Of a stretch of 64,000 nt of DNA, positions 19,728 through 30,147 are shown piece by piece. Both the position numbers and the translations under genes were made by a program. The stretch covers positions 320,001 to 384,000 of the forward strand of contig CBDCZH010000010.1 of NCBI GenBank assembly GCA_965224485.1, written 5' to 3'. The notes beneath the pieces are model-generated. The model searched no databases and was not told where the DNA came from. It saw nothing but the letters and a program-made list of their open reading frames with translations. The stretch is from Arcobacteraceae bacterium (GTDB lineage Bacteria; Campylobacterota; Campylobacteria; Campylobacterales; Arcobacteraceae). How positions within the stretch are numbered: the first letter of the stretch is position 1; every line of letters starts with the position of its first letter.

Positions 19728-20618
19728 ATGAAAAAAATATTTATTTATGTACTTTTATTTTCCTGTATGACTTTTGCTAATAATACAATTTTAGTTACAG
19801 TTTCACCTTCAAAGTTTTTTGTTCAAAAAATTGTAAAAAATGCTATGAAAGTTAAAGTTTTATTTCCAGATGCTAAGTTTGAGAAAAAGTATAGAAAACT
19901 AGAATTAATTCATTTATCAAAATCAAAAGTTTATTTTACCTTAGGTTTAGAAAAAGAAAAAAAATATAAAGAACTTCTTTTAGAATATAACCCTAAGTTA
20001 GATATTTATGATCTTTCCCAAAATGTAAAAAAATTAAAAAATAAAAAAGATGAACTTAATCCATATATATGGATGGATCCTTTAAGAGTTAGAATAATTG
20101 CTATAAATATTCTAAAAAAAGTAATAAAAATTGATCCAAAAAACACAAAGTTTTATTTAAAAAATTATATAAAATTTACAAAAGATATAGATAAAATGTT
20201 TTTAAGTATAAAGAAAAAATATTATACTTCTTCTGATTCAATTTTTATTTTAGATAATGATTGGTTATATTATATAGATACATTTAAACTTGATTCTTAT
20301 GCTTTAGAACAAAGAATTTTAGATGCTAATGAAATACAAGCATTTAGACACAAAGCAGCTTTGAATCAAACGAAAACTGTTTTAGTTAAAAAAGGTTTTG
20401 ATTATGTTATTGCAAGATCAATTTCAACTAGTTCAAATGATTCAAAAATTGTTGAAAATAATGTATATGCCTATAATTGGAAACAAAATATAATACAATT
20501 AACAAATAGTATTCTTGGTATTTCAAAAAAAGCACAAAAAGAAGCTCAAGATAAAATAAATTTAGAAGAGCAAAAAGAAAGAATAAGAAAAAAATTGAAT
20601 AAAAAGAGACAAATATAA
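19728..20618 (+). CDS. ZnuA/TroA-like solute-binding protein, degenerate metal site
   Basis: Signal peptide; NPYIWMDP (cf. DPHxWLdP), IDPKN..FY..NY. Confidence 0.7.
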   Translation: MKKIFIYVLLFSCMTFANNTILVTVSPSKFFVQKIVKNAMKVKVLFPDAKFEKKYRKLELIHLSKSKVYFTLGLEKEKKYKELLLEYNPKLDIYDLSQNVKKLKNKKDELNPYIWMDPLRVRIIAINILKKVIKIDPKNTKFYLKNYIKFTKDIDKMFLSIKKKYYTSSDSIFILDNDWLYYIDTFKLDSYALEQRILDANEIQAFRHKAALNQTKTVLVKKGFDYVIARSISTSSNDSKIVENNVYAYNWKQNIIQLTNSILGISKKAQKEAQDKINLEEQKERIRKKLNKKRQI

Positions 20619-22348
20619 TGTTTTTAGTTACCACAAAAAAAGAGATGCAAGACAAAGGCTGGGATCAGCTTGATATTATTCTAGTTTCAGGCGATGCTTA
20701 TATTGATTCACCTTTTATAGGAGTTGCTACTGTTGGACGAATTTTAGAAAAACTTGGTTATAAAGTTGGAATAATAGGTCAACCTGATTTAAAAAATGAA
20801 GATATAAAAAGATTAGGTGAGCCAAAACTTTACTGGGGTGTTAGTGGCGGTAGTATTGATTCTATGGTTTCAAACTATACAGCAACAAAGAAGTTTAGAA
20901 ATACTGATGATTATACTCCAGGTGGGGTAAATGATAAAAGACCAGATCGTGCTACCTTAGTTTATACAAACTTAGTTAGAAGACATTATAAAGATACTGT
21001 TCCTATTGTATTAGGTGGAATTGAAGCCTCTTTACGAAGAGTTACTCATTATGATTATTGGAGCAATAAACTAAGAAAACCAATTTTATTTGATGCAAAA
21101 GCAGATTATTTAATATATGGTATGGGTGAAATTGCTATTGAAGAATTTTCAGCAGCACTTAGAGATAATACAGATCCTAAAATTATTAGAGGTGTTTCTT
21201 ATATTTCAAAAGAAGCAGTACCTTCTTATATCCAAATGCCTTCTCATCAAGATTGTTTAGATGATAAAGAAAAATATATTGATTTATTTGATATCTTTTA
21301 TGATAATAATGACCCAATTTCAGCAAAAGGAATTTATCAAAAAGTAGATACAAGATATTTAATTCAAAATCCTCCTTGTGATTATTTAGATGAAAGTGAG
21401 ATGGATGAAATAGCATCTTTACCTTTTACAAGAGAGTTGCATCCTTTTCATGCACCCCAAGGAAAGGTAAAATGTTTAGAAACTATTAAGTTTTCAATAC
21501 AAACTCATCATGGCTGTTGGGGTGAGTGTAATTTCTGTGCTATTGGAGTTCATCAAGGACGAACAATAAGAACTAGAAGTGAAGAAAATATTTTAAAAGA
21601 AGCTAAAGAATTTACTACTTATAAAGATTTTAAAGGAATTATCTCTGATGTTGGTGGGCCAACGGCAAACATGTATGGTTATGAATGTGGTAAAAAACTT
21701 AAAAAAGGTACCTGTGATCATATGCGTTGTGTAGATTTTGAGCGACTTTGTAAGGTTATGAAAGTTGATCATTCAAGGCATTTAAAACTTTTAAGATCTG
21801 TTAGAAGTATAAAAGGTGTTAGAAAGGCTTTTGTAGCTTCTGGTTTGCGATATGATTTTATAGCAGCTGATAAAAAATATGGTTATGAGTATTTAAAAGA
21901 GTTAGTAAATCATCATATCTCAGGTCAAATGAAAGTAGCCCCTGAACATACCTCTGATAGGGTATTAGATTTAATGGGAAAACCAGGAAAAGAGCCTTTA
22001 ATTGAATTTAAAAAAATGTATGATAAGTTAAATAAAGAAGCTGGTAAAAAGCAGTTTTTAACATATTATTTAATTGCCGCACATCCAGGTTGTGAAGAAA
22101 AAGATATGCATGAGTTAAAACAATTTACAACACATGAACTTAAAATGAATCCAGAACAAGCTCAAGTATTTACTCCAACTCCAAGTACTTATTCTGCTGT
22201 TATGTATTATACAGAGCTTGATCCAAAAACTAGAAAAAAAATATTTGTTGAAAAAGATACTAAAAGAAAAGAAAAACAAAAAGCTATAGTTATTGATAAA
22301 AAATATTCACAAAGACGAAAAACTGGCTCTGCTGGCATGCAATCTTAA
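20618..22348 (+). CDS. YgiQ-family radical SAM protein
   Basis: GDAYIDSP, GGIEASLRR, CWGECNFC, DVGGPTANMYG, APEH. Confidence 0.93.
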   Translation: MFLVTTKKEMQDKGWDQLDIILVSGDAYIDSPFIGVATVGRILEKLGYKVGIIGQPDLKNEDIKRLGEPKLYWGVSGGSIDSMVSNYTATKKFRNTDDYTPGGVNDKRPDRATLVYTNLVRRHYKDTVPIVLGGIEASLRRVTHYDYWSNKLRKPILFDAKADYLIYGMGEIAIEEFSAALRDNTDPKIIRGVSYISKEAVPSYIQMPSHQDCLDDKEKYIDLFDIFYDNNDPISAKGIYQKVDTRYLIQNPPCDYLDESEMDEIASLPFTRELHPFHAPQGKVKCLETIKFSIQTHHGCWGECNFCAIGVHQGRTIRTRSEENILKEAKEFTTYKDFKGIISDVGGPTANMYGYECGKKLKKGTCDHMRCVDFERLCKVMKVDHSRHLKLLRSVRSIKGVRKAFVASGLRYDFIAADKKYGYEYLKELVNHHISGQMKVAPEHTSDRVLDLMGKPGKEPLIEFKKMYDKLNKEAGKKQFLTYYLIAAHPGCEEKDMHELKQFTTHELKMNPEQAQVFTPTPSTYSAVMYYTELDPKTRKKIFVEKDTKRKEKQKAIVIDKKYSQRRKTGSAGMQS

Positions 22349-22422
22349 GTTTTGTAGAATAAAAGTGAGTTTTAGCTATAATGTTTTTTTTTAAATAATA
22401 TAAAAAATTGATAAGGAAAACT

Positions 22423-22992
22423 ATGAAAAAATTATTTTTAATTATTGGAGCTCCTGGTTCTGGTAAAACAACTGATGCTGAGTTAATTGCGCAAAAGCAT
22501 GAAAATATTACTCATTATTCAACAGGCGATATGTTCAGAGCTGAAGTAGCAAGTGGAAGCGAAAGAGGCGTTTTAATTAATTCTTTTGTATCAAAAGGTA
22601 ATTTAGTTCCTATTGAAATAGTTATTGAAACTATAGTAACTGCTATTAAAAATGCACCAACTGCTATTGTTATAATTGATGGTTATCCAAGATCAGGTGA
22701 GCAAATGAATGAACTTGATAAATACTTAGAAACAGAAAACGAAGTTGAACTAGTTAATGTTATAGAAGTTAAAGTTTCAAAAGAAGTTGCATGTGAAAGA
22801 GTTTTAGGACGAGCAAGAGGTGATGATGATAATGTTGAAGTATTTAATAATAGAATGAATGTATATACTGAACCTTTAAAAGAAATACAAGCTTTTTATA
22901 CAGCTAAAAATATTTTAGAAGAAATTAATGGTGAAAGAACTATTGAAGAAATTGTTTCTGAAATGGATGCTTTTATTCAAAGTAAAATATAA
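22423..22992 (+). CDS. adk: adenylate kinase (short LID)
   Basis: [24 protein letters not shown] 22423 after AAGGA. Confidence 0.96.
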   Translation: MKKLFLIIGAPGSGKTTDAELIAQKHENITHYSTGDMFRAEVASGSERGVLINSFVSKGNLVPIEIVIETIVTAIKNAPTAIVIIDGYPRSGEQMNELDKYLETENEVELVNVIEVKVSKEVACERVLGRARGDDDNVEVFNNRMNVYTEPLKEIQAFYTAKNILEEINGERTIEEIVSEMDAFIQSKI

Positions 22993-23017
22993 ACTATATT
23001 AGTATATAATAAATAAG

Positions 23018-23045
23018 AAGATGGCTTTAAAAAGCCATTTTTTTT
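23018..23045 (+). terminator. intrinsic terminator after adk
   Basis: ATGGCTTT-AA-AAAGCCAT plus T run. Confidence 0.75.
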
Positions 23046-23160
23046 GAAAAAAAAGTAAAAACTTATAATTATTAAAATATAATTATTAAAATTATCTTAC
23101 TGCAAACCCTATAAAATCACTATTTCTGAATACTTATTCAAACAAAAATAAATTATTAAT

Positions 23161-23202
23161 TTGATATAAATCAAACTTATATCTTTTAAAGTATGCTAAA
23201 AT
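23161..23202 (+). promoter_or_regulatory. Crp/Fnr-family box and extended -10 upstream of NIT chemoreceptor
   Basis: TTGAT-ATAA-ATCAA 23161-23174; TGcTAAAAT 23194-23202; box centre falls at about -41.5. Confidence 0.75.
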
Positions 23203-23230
23203 TTCCTTATATATATTAAAAGGTTTAAAG

Positions 23231-25882
23231 ATGTTAAAAAATTTATCAATTAGAAATAAAGTATTATTGTTATTATTAATTCCCAGTATTTTTTTATTGT
23301 TAGTATCATATAAGTCAATTTTAGGTGATTATAAAAATGTAAAAGCTCTAAATTCTTTAGATATTGGAGTTGTTTTATCAACAAAAATATCTTCACTTAT
23401 TCACGAAACACAAAAAGAGAGAGGAGCAACAGCTGGTTTTCTAGGCTCTAAAGGAAGAAAATTTTATGATAAGCTTCCAAAACAAAGACTTCTTACAAAT
23501 AAAAAACTAGAACTTTTAAATAAATTTTTATCAATAAATGATATTTCAAAAGTTTCACAAAATACAAAAAATTCACTTTTATTAGCATTAGATGATATGA
23601 AAAAGATTAATACAGTAAGAATTAAGGTTACAGCTTTAAATATGCCAATATCAGAAGCACTCTCTTATTATACAAAAATGAATGCAAAGTTTTTACATGT
23701 AGTAATAGAAGTTGCAAAAATATCAAAATCACCTACAATAACTAAACAACTAGTTGCTTATTCAAATTTTTTATTAAGTAAAGAAAGAGCTGGAATTGAA
23801 AGAGCTGTTGGTTCTAATACCCTAGCTAGAGACTCTTTTGCTAAGGGAATGAAAATTAAATTTAACAATTTAATTGCTGCTCAAAATTCATTTATGAATA
23901 ACTTTTTGCAATATGCCTCAAAAGATGCTAAAAGATTTTACTTAAATACTTTAAAAGGTAAAGAAGTGCAAGAAGTAAGTTTAATTAGAAAAACTCTTTT
24001 ATCTTCTGATTTAAAGTTTAGTTTAATTTCTGAGATGAAACAAGTTATTGGTTATGGCGGTTTAATACATAATTTTAAAAACTATATTATTAGAGGTGAT
24101 AAAAAATATATTAGTAGAATAAGTAAACAACAAGAGCATTTAAATATTTTAATAAAAAAATACAAAAATGATTTTGTTCTAAGTTCAAAAGAAAAAACTT
24201 TATTAGCTGATATATCTTTGGTATTTGAAAAATATAAACAAGCTTTAACCCTTGCCATTAGATTAAAAAATGAAAATTCTAGTATAGAAGAAATAGACTC
24301 TTTAATAAGTATAAACGACAAACCAGCAGTTAAAGCTTTGGATATATTAAACAATTCCTTGTTTTGCGTCGATTCAGTATACTGGTTTAATAAAATTACA
24401 TATAAAATCAATTTACTTAAAAAAATTGATGATTATTTATCAAAAGAATTATTAGCAACAATAAATGCAGAATTATCTTCTTCAAATAATAACTTCAATA
24501 CCGTTTTATACTCTACTCTTTTGGCTATTTTAATTGTTGGAATTTTGGGATTCTTAGCTATTGTTTCTATAAGTAAATCAATAAATACCTTTTCAAAAGG
24601 TTTAGAATCTTTTTTTCAATATCTAAATAAAGAAACGTCCTATTCTGCCTTATTAGATGATAGCAGTTTAGACGAAATAGGAAAAATGGCAAAAGTAGTA
24701 AATGTAAATATAAAAAAAATACAAATATCAGTAGAAGAAGAAAAAGATGTTATAAGTAAAACTATTATTTTATTAAAAGACTTTGAAGAAGGAGACCTGT
24801 CTCAAAGAATTAATGTAAAAACTTCAAATACTGCCTTACAAGAGTTAACAAATCTTTTAAATAAGATGGCAAATAATTTTGAAAAAAATATAGATAATGT
24901 TTTATTAGTTTTAGAATCGTATACAAATTATGATTATAGAAATAAAATTGATTCAAAAGGAACAAAAGCACATTTAGAAAAATTATCACTAGGTGTTAAC
25001 TCTTTAGGTGATTCTATTACCCAAATGCTTACGTACAATAAAAGAATAGGATTAACATTAGATTCTTCTTCTATTACACTTTTAAATAATGTACAAATTC
25101 TTAATAAATCATCAAATGAAGCAGCAAGTTCCTTAGAAGAAACAGCAGCTGCCCTAGAAGAAATTACAAGTACTATTGTAAATAATACAGAATCAATTTC
25201 TTCTATGAGCACTTATGCTAGTTTATTAAGTGAATCAACAACATTAGGACAAAACCTAGCAAATAAAACTAGTAAATCAATGGATGAAATAAATGAACAA
25301 GTATCTGATATAAATGATGCAATTTCAGTAATTGACCAAATTGCTTTCCAAACTAATATTTTATCTTTAAACGCAGCAGTTGAAGCAGCAACAGCAGGTG
25401 AAGCTGGAAAAGGTTTCGCAGTAGTTGCCCAAGAAGTAAGAAACTTGGCATCAAGAAGTGCACAAGCAGCAAAAGAGATAAAAGACTTAGTACAAAATGC
25501 AAATATAAAAGCAAGTGAAGGAAAACAAATAGCCTCTTCTATGATAGAAGGTTATTCAAGTTTAAATGAAAATATAATTAAAACTATTGATTTAATAAAA
25601 GATGTCGAAACATCTTCTAAAGAGCAAAGAGCTGGAATTGAGCAAATAAATGATGCTGTTTGTAAACAAGATGAGCAAACACAAAATATTGCGAGTGCTG
25701 CTAATGAAACTTATGATATAGCTATTAATACATCTCATATTGCTAAAAAAATTGTGCAAAGTGTAAATGATAAAGAGTTTTTAGGTAAAGATGAAATTAT
25801 AGATAGACGTTTAAAAAATATGAATTTAGGTTATAAAGGTGAGGAAAAAAGAGATGCTGAAAAACATTTAAAAGATAAATAG
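23231..25882 (+). CDS. methyl-accepting chemotaxis protein with nitrate/nitrite-sensing (NIT) domain
   Basis: [19 protein letters not shown] (NIT); [32 protein letters not shown] (MCP signal domain); 2 TM. Confidence 0.93.
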   Translation: MLKNLSIRNKVLLLLLIPSIFLLLVSYKSILGDYKNVKALNSLDIGVVLSTKISSLIHETQKERGATAGFLGSKGRKFYDKLPKQRLLTNKKLELLNKFLSINDISKVSQNTKNSLLLALDDMKKINTVRIKVTALNMPISEALSYYTKMNAKFLHVVIEVAKISKSPTITKQLVAYSNFLLSKERAGIERAVGSNTLARDSFAKGMKIKFNNLIAAQNSFMNNFLQYASKDAKRFYLNTLKGKEVQEVSLIRKTLLSSDLKFSLISEMKQVIGYGGLIHNFKNYIIRGDKKYISRISKQQEHLNILIKKYKNDFVLSSKEKTLLADISLVFEKYKQALTLAIRLKNENSSIEEIDSLISINDKPAVKALDILNNSLFCVDSVYWFNKITYKINLLKKIDDYLSKELLATINAELSSSNNNFNTVLYSTLLAILIVGILGFLAIVSISKSINTFSKGLESFFQYLNKETSYSALLDDSSLDEIGKMAKVVNVNIKKIQISVEEEKDVISKTIILLKDFEEGDLSQRINVKTSNTALQELTNLLNKMANNFEKNIDNVLLVLESYTNYDYRNKIDSKGTKAHLEKLSLGVNSLGDSITQMLTYNKRIGLTLDSSSITLLNNVQILNKSSNEAASSLEETAAALEEITSTIVNNTESISSMSTYASLLSESTTLGQNLANKTSKSMDEINEQVSDINDAISVIDQIAFQTNILSLNAAVEAATAGEAGKGFAVVAQEVRNLASRSAQAAKEIKDLVQNANIKASEGKQIASSMIEGYSSLNENIIKTIDLIKDVETSSKEQRAGIEQINDAVCKQDEQTQNIASAANETYDIAINTSHIAKKIVQSVNDKEFLGKDEIIDRRLKNMNLGYKGEEKRDAEKHLKDK

Positions 25883-25890
25883 TTTTATAT

Positions 25891-25932
25891 TATTATATAC
25901 TAGTATTAAAGATTGAAAACTAGTATATAATA
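25891..25932. terminator. bidirectional hairpin between convergent genes
   Basis: TATTATATACTAGT ... ACTAGTATATAATA, 14-bp arms. Confidence 0.6.
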
Positions 25933-25933
25933 C

Positions 25934-26596
25934 TTATGGTTTATTATAAAAGTTAAACTTCCAACCTTTGTCTTCTTTATAGTTTCCTAAATTAAAATCT
26001 TTCCAGACTTTTAAACATATTTTATTTTTTTTATTTTTACCATCAAGAGCAAATGCATGAGCACGACCAAAATTTGTCCATACACCTTTTCCAGATGCAT
26101 ACATAAAGGCTAAATTACATTGGGCTGGAACAAACTGTTGTTTAGAAGCTTTTTCATACCACATAACAGCTTTTTTATAATCTTTGCTTAGTTTTCCTAC
26201 TCCAAAGCTTAAAAACATTCCCACTCTGTTTTGAGCAGGAGCATAACCTTCTTGTGCAAGGCCTTCAAAAATCTTATATGCAAGAGTATAATTTAAAAAA
26301 CCAGATTTTTTATTTGAATATAAAACTCCTAAATTATAAAAAGCTTTAATATGACCTAATCTTGAAGCCTCTTGAAAATACTCTTTTGCTTTTGTATAAT
26401 CTTTTTTTACGAAAATACCTTTATAATAAAAAGAGCCTAGTTTAAATAAAGCAGTTTCATTTTTTCTTTGTGCTGCTTTTTTATAAAACTCATAAGCTTT
26501 TTTCATATTATTGTTTTTTTGAGCTTCTTGTGCTATATCTAATGGTGATGAATAAGCAATAGTAAATAAAATTAAAAAGTACATGAAAATTTTCAT
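25934..26596 (-). CDS. Sel1-repeat exported protein
   Basis: ALFKLGSFYYKG, AFYNLGVLY, AQCNLAFMYASGKGV; signal peptide. Confidence 0.9.
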   Translation of the reverse strand: MKIFMYFLILFTIAYSSPLDIAQEAQKNNNMKKAYEFYKKAAQRKNETALFKLGSFYYKGIFVKKDYTKAKEYFQEASRLGHIKAFYNLGVLYSNKKSGFLNYTLAYKIFEGLAQEGYAPAQNRVGMFLSFGVGKLSKDYKKAVMWYEKASKQQFVPAQCNLAFMYASGKGVWTNFGRAHAFALDGKNKKNKICLKVWKDFNLGNYKEDKGWKFNFYNKP

Positions 26597-27615
26597 ATTA
26601 TTTCTCTTTTTATATTTTTGTTTAAAAGACTTGTTATTTCATAAGAAATAGTATTATGTATTTTTGCTAATACTTTAACATCATTAAAAATACAAATTTC
26701 TTCTTCTTGTGAGTTAATACATATATAATCCATAGATACATTTCCTAAAAGATTAAATCCCTTAGGTGTTTTATATTCTGTTTGTTTTGGCATTCTTAAA
26801 AAACCATCTGCATAACCAATATCATATGAAGAGATTAATGAATCTTTTTTAAGTTCATAAGAAGATGAGTATCCAATTCTAGCTCCAGCTTTTAATTCTC
26901 TACTTGCAACTTTTTTAGCCCATAAAGATAAAACTGGTTTAAAATCTAATTCTCCAAAAACTTCATGGTTTTCTAAATATCCATATTGTGCTATTCCCAC
27001 TCTTGCATAATATTCATTAAAATTCTTAGTTCTAAATAAAGCAGAAGAATTACATGAATGAAAGTCTGGAATGACCAAATTAAGTTGTTCACATAGTGTA
27101 ATTGCTTCTTTTTTAAGATGCCCAAAAATACGGCTTTGATAATAGAAATCAGTTTTGATTTGATCTGCACTACGGTGGTGAGTAAAGATAGCTCTTAAGT
27201 TCAAATTCTGCTTAGAGATACGATAAATAGCCTCTTCTAGCTCATTTACTTGTATACCATTTCTATGCATTCCAGTATCCACTTTTAAGTGGATATTCGT
27301 GTTCTTGGGAGTTTCTTCTATATCTTCAAGTTTGTTTATTGTGATGTGAAAAGTATGTGAATAAGTCTTCTTTTTCTCATTAGCTAGAATTAAGATTTCA
27401 TCAAATAATTTTTCAATTACTTTAGCTTCTTCTATATTTCTAACAACTGCTTTTTTAATACCATACTCGTTTGCTAAAGATGCTATTTCAAAAAGCCCAT
27501 GACCATAAGCATTGTCTTTTAATACAACAGCAATTTTATCTTTTGATTTTGTTTGTTTGCAGATGATATCTAAGTTATGAAAATAATTTTTCTTACTAAT
27601 TAAGATTCTTGACAA
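26593..27615 (-). CDS. alr: alanine racemase
   Basis: AVVLKDNAYGHG, HLKVDTGMHRNG, GYADG, SMD. Confidence 0.95.
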   Translation of the reverse strand: MSRILISKKNYFHNLDIICKQTKSKDKIAVVLKDNAYGHGLFEIASLANEYGIKKAVVRNIEEAKVIEKLFDEILILANEKKKTYSHTFHITINKLEDIEETPKNTNIHLKVDTGMHRNGIQVNELEEAIYRISKQNLNLRAIFTHHRSADQIKTDFYYQSRIFGHLKKEAITLCEQLNLVIPDFHSCNSSALFRTKNFNEYYARVGIAQYGYLENHEVFGELDFKPVLSLWAKKVASRELKAGARIGYSSSYELKKDSLISSYDIGYADGFLRMPKQTEYKTPKGFNLLGNVSMDYICINSQEEEICIFNDVKVLAKIHNTISYEITSLLNKNIKREII

Positions 27616-27636
27616 TTTTATATACCTTGATAATTA

Positions 27637-29475
27637 TTATATTTGTTTGAAATGATTAAAAATAAGGATACTATCTTTTTCATTTAAAACTTCTTGCAAG
27701 TTTGTGCTTTTAGCACTTTTAATATTTTCAAAAGTTCCGAAATATGAGAGTAGTTTTTTAATTTTTGCTGGACCAATTCCATTTATTTCTAAGAGTGAAA
27801 TTTGTTTATCTTCTGCTCTTTTTTGTTTTTTGTGATAGTTTATAACAAATCTATGTGATTCATCTCTTTGTCTTTGAATAAATTGCAAACGTTTATCACT
27901 TGGTTCTAGGCGGAACTCTTTATAAACATCATTTTGCTTATAGTGTAAAATATCCCTAGCACTTCCTTTTGCTCTATGTGCTTTAGCATCAATTTTTTCT
28001 TTTGCAATTGCTATTATTTCTAAGTTAACCCCATGTGAGTTAATAATATCAAAAGCTAGTTTTAGTAAAGTCCTTCCTCCATCTAAAATCCATAAATCAG
28101 GAGCTTGATTCTTTTCAAAACTAGCAACTCTTTTTAATAACATTTCAGACATTTGATGGTATTCATCTCTTGAGTCTAAATTATAATGTCTATAATCTTT
28201 TTTTACAAAACCATCTTCCCATACAACCATAGCACCAACTGTTGCTTGTCCCATTAGATGTGAGTTATCAAAACTTTCAATTCTAAGAGGAAGAGTATTT
28301 AAGGTAAAAAGTTCTTGTATTTGCTCATAAATACTGTTACTTTCGCTGCTTTGTTGTAATCGTAATAATTCATGACAATTATTTATAGCAATATCTAAGA
28401 GTTTCTTTTTCTTATCTTTTAAAGGTTTAACTATAGGAATCTTTTTATTAAACTTAGCTTTTAAAAAGTTTTCTAATTCTTCTTTTTCCTCAAGATCAAG
28501 GGCCACTATTATCTCTTTTGGTAATAAAGGTATATCATTATCATAATAATTAATAATTGCTCTAGAATATGCTTCATTTAAATCAATATTGCTAGTTTCT
28601 TCTTCAAAATCAAGTTTTAGAAAATTATGAGTTGATGAAGCTATTTTCCCTTCTCTTATAAACATTCTAACTAATACAGCTTTTTTAGCAGAAGCTTGAA
28701 TCACAAATAAATCTAAATTATCACTACTTGCTAAATCAATTCCACTTTGTATTTGTGATTTATGAATTGTTTTAATTCTATCTCTTAGTTTCAAAGCATC
28801 TTCAAAACGAAAATCATCTGAGTATTCTTTCATTCTCTCTTTTAGTTTTATAATTAGTTTCTTTTTATTATAAATATATCCCAAAGCTTCTTCTATTAAC
28901 AAAGCATAATCTTCTTGCGTGATTTTATCTTCACAAGGAGCATGACATCTATTTATTTGATAAAACAAACAGGCCTTGCCACCTTTTAAACAAGATTTTT
29001 TCTGAACAAGTTTAACTATTTCATAAATGCTATCTAACATATCTCTAGCACCTATTGAATATGGTCCAAAGTATTTAATCTTTTTATCTTTAAAAACTCT
29101 TCTAGTAATCTCTAAGCGCGGAAATAATTCATTGTAATCAATCATAATATAAGGATAAGTTTTATCATCACGTAATAATATATTGTATTTTGGTTTTAAC
29201 TGTTTAATAAGTGAGTTTTCTAAAATTAAAGCATCATTCTCATTTGGAACAACAATCCACTCTAAAGAGTAAACTTGAGAAATCATTTTATAAATTCTAG
29301 CTCCAAGTTTATCAGCAGGTGCTAAAATGGGTGTAAATTTAAAATAAGATTTAACACGGTTTTTTAAAACCTTAGCTTTTCCAATATATAAGAGTTTCCC
29401 AGTTTTATCAAAGTATTGGTAAACGCCAGCGGATAAGGGTAGTTGTTTTAATTTATCTTCTAGATTCATATTCAT
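27637..29475 (-). CDS. uvrC: excinuclease ABC subunit C
   Basis: GVYQY..LYIGKAK.LKNRV, LRDDKTYPY, ESFDNSH, RDESHRF, HhH GIGPAK. Confidence 0.97.
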   Translation of the reverse strand: MNMNLEDKLKQLPLSAGVYQYFDKTGKLLYIGKAKVLKNRVKSYFKFTPILAPADKLGARIYKMISQVYSLEWIVVPNENDALILENSLIKQLKPKYNILLRDDKTYPYIMIDYNELFPRLEITRRVFKDKKIKYFGPYSIGARDMLDSIYEIVKLVQKKSCLKGGKACLFYQINRCHAPCEDKITQEDYALLIEEALGYIYNKKKLIIKLKERMKEYSDDFRFEDALKLRDRIKTIHKSQIQSGIDLASSDNLDLFVIQASAKKAVLVRMFIREGKIASSTHNFLKLDFEEETSNIDLNEAYSRAIINYYDNDIPLLPKEIIVALDLEEKEELENFLKAKFNKKIPIVKPLKDKKKKLLDIAINNCHELLRLQQSSESNSIYEQIQELFTLNTLPLRIESFDNSHLMGQATVGAMVVWEDGFVKKDYRHYNLDSRDEYHQMSEMLLKRVASFEKNQAPDLWILDGGRTLLKLAFDIINSHGVNLEIIAIAKEKIDAKAHRAKGSARDILHYKQNDVYKEFRLEPSDKRLQFIQRQRDESHRFVINYHKKQKRAEDKQISLLEINGIGPAKIKKLLSYFGTFENIKSAKSTNLQEVLNEKDSILIFNHFKQI

Positions 29476-29488
29476 ATGGGATTATACC

Positions 29489-29629
29489 AAACCTTTGTAA
29501 AGGTGCATCTTTTGTCCTCTATCTGCGTTGGAGTAAAATTCTGCTTGGTCACATACTATATGTATGCTCCCGTCACAAAAATTTACTCCGCCTTGATATA
29601 GAACAAAACCTACACTTTTACAAAGGTTT
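29489..29629. mobile_element. ERIC-like palindromic miniature element (141 bp)
   Basis: 13-bp perfect TIR AAACCTTTGTAAA, arms pair over about 50 bp; core GTCACATACTATATGTATGCTCC plus TGCGTTGG and CGCCTTG resemble the ERIC consensus as recalled. Confidence 0.7.
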
Positions 29630-30107
29630 TAGTGATAGGTGCCCATTGGAAGTTCTTTTGCTAGTATATTTTGCTGTAAGAATAATTGATTTTTAAATAT
29701 TATTGTCATTTCTTTTAGTAAAATAATATCATTATGAGTTAAGTATTCTGGTATACGTCTTTTAAAAGGTAAAGAAAGATTTGTATCAAGTTTTATAATA
29801 TGAATAGTTGGAGTATACGCTTTAATATCAGAATGAGCAATAAGTTCATTTCTTAAATCATTTAGTTTGGAATGTAAGTTTTTTGGCATAAAGAAAATTG
29901 TTTTAATATATCTTTTATTTTTAAATTCTTATCTATATATGTTCTATTATATGAGATGATAATTGATTCATGTAAGGCTCGTTGAATTATTAGGTTATTT
30001 GTATTTTCTAATTCATTAAGATATTCTATTGTTGTTGATATGTCATCTAAAGATAAAGTAATTCGTTTTAAACGTTTAATAAAGTTATTTATTTGTTTTT
30101 GATTCAT
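29629..30107 (-). pseudogene. frameshifted HEPN-motif (RxxxxxH) protein
   Basis: Two overlapping ORFs join into one 159-aa frame if the A6 run (29879-29884) gains one A; RNELIAH motif in the distal part. Confidence 0.65.
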
Positions 30108-30147
30108 AAATTATTATACAAAAGTATTCATTTTATGTAAGTTAGTA

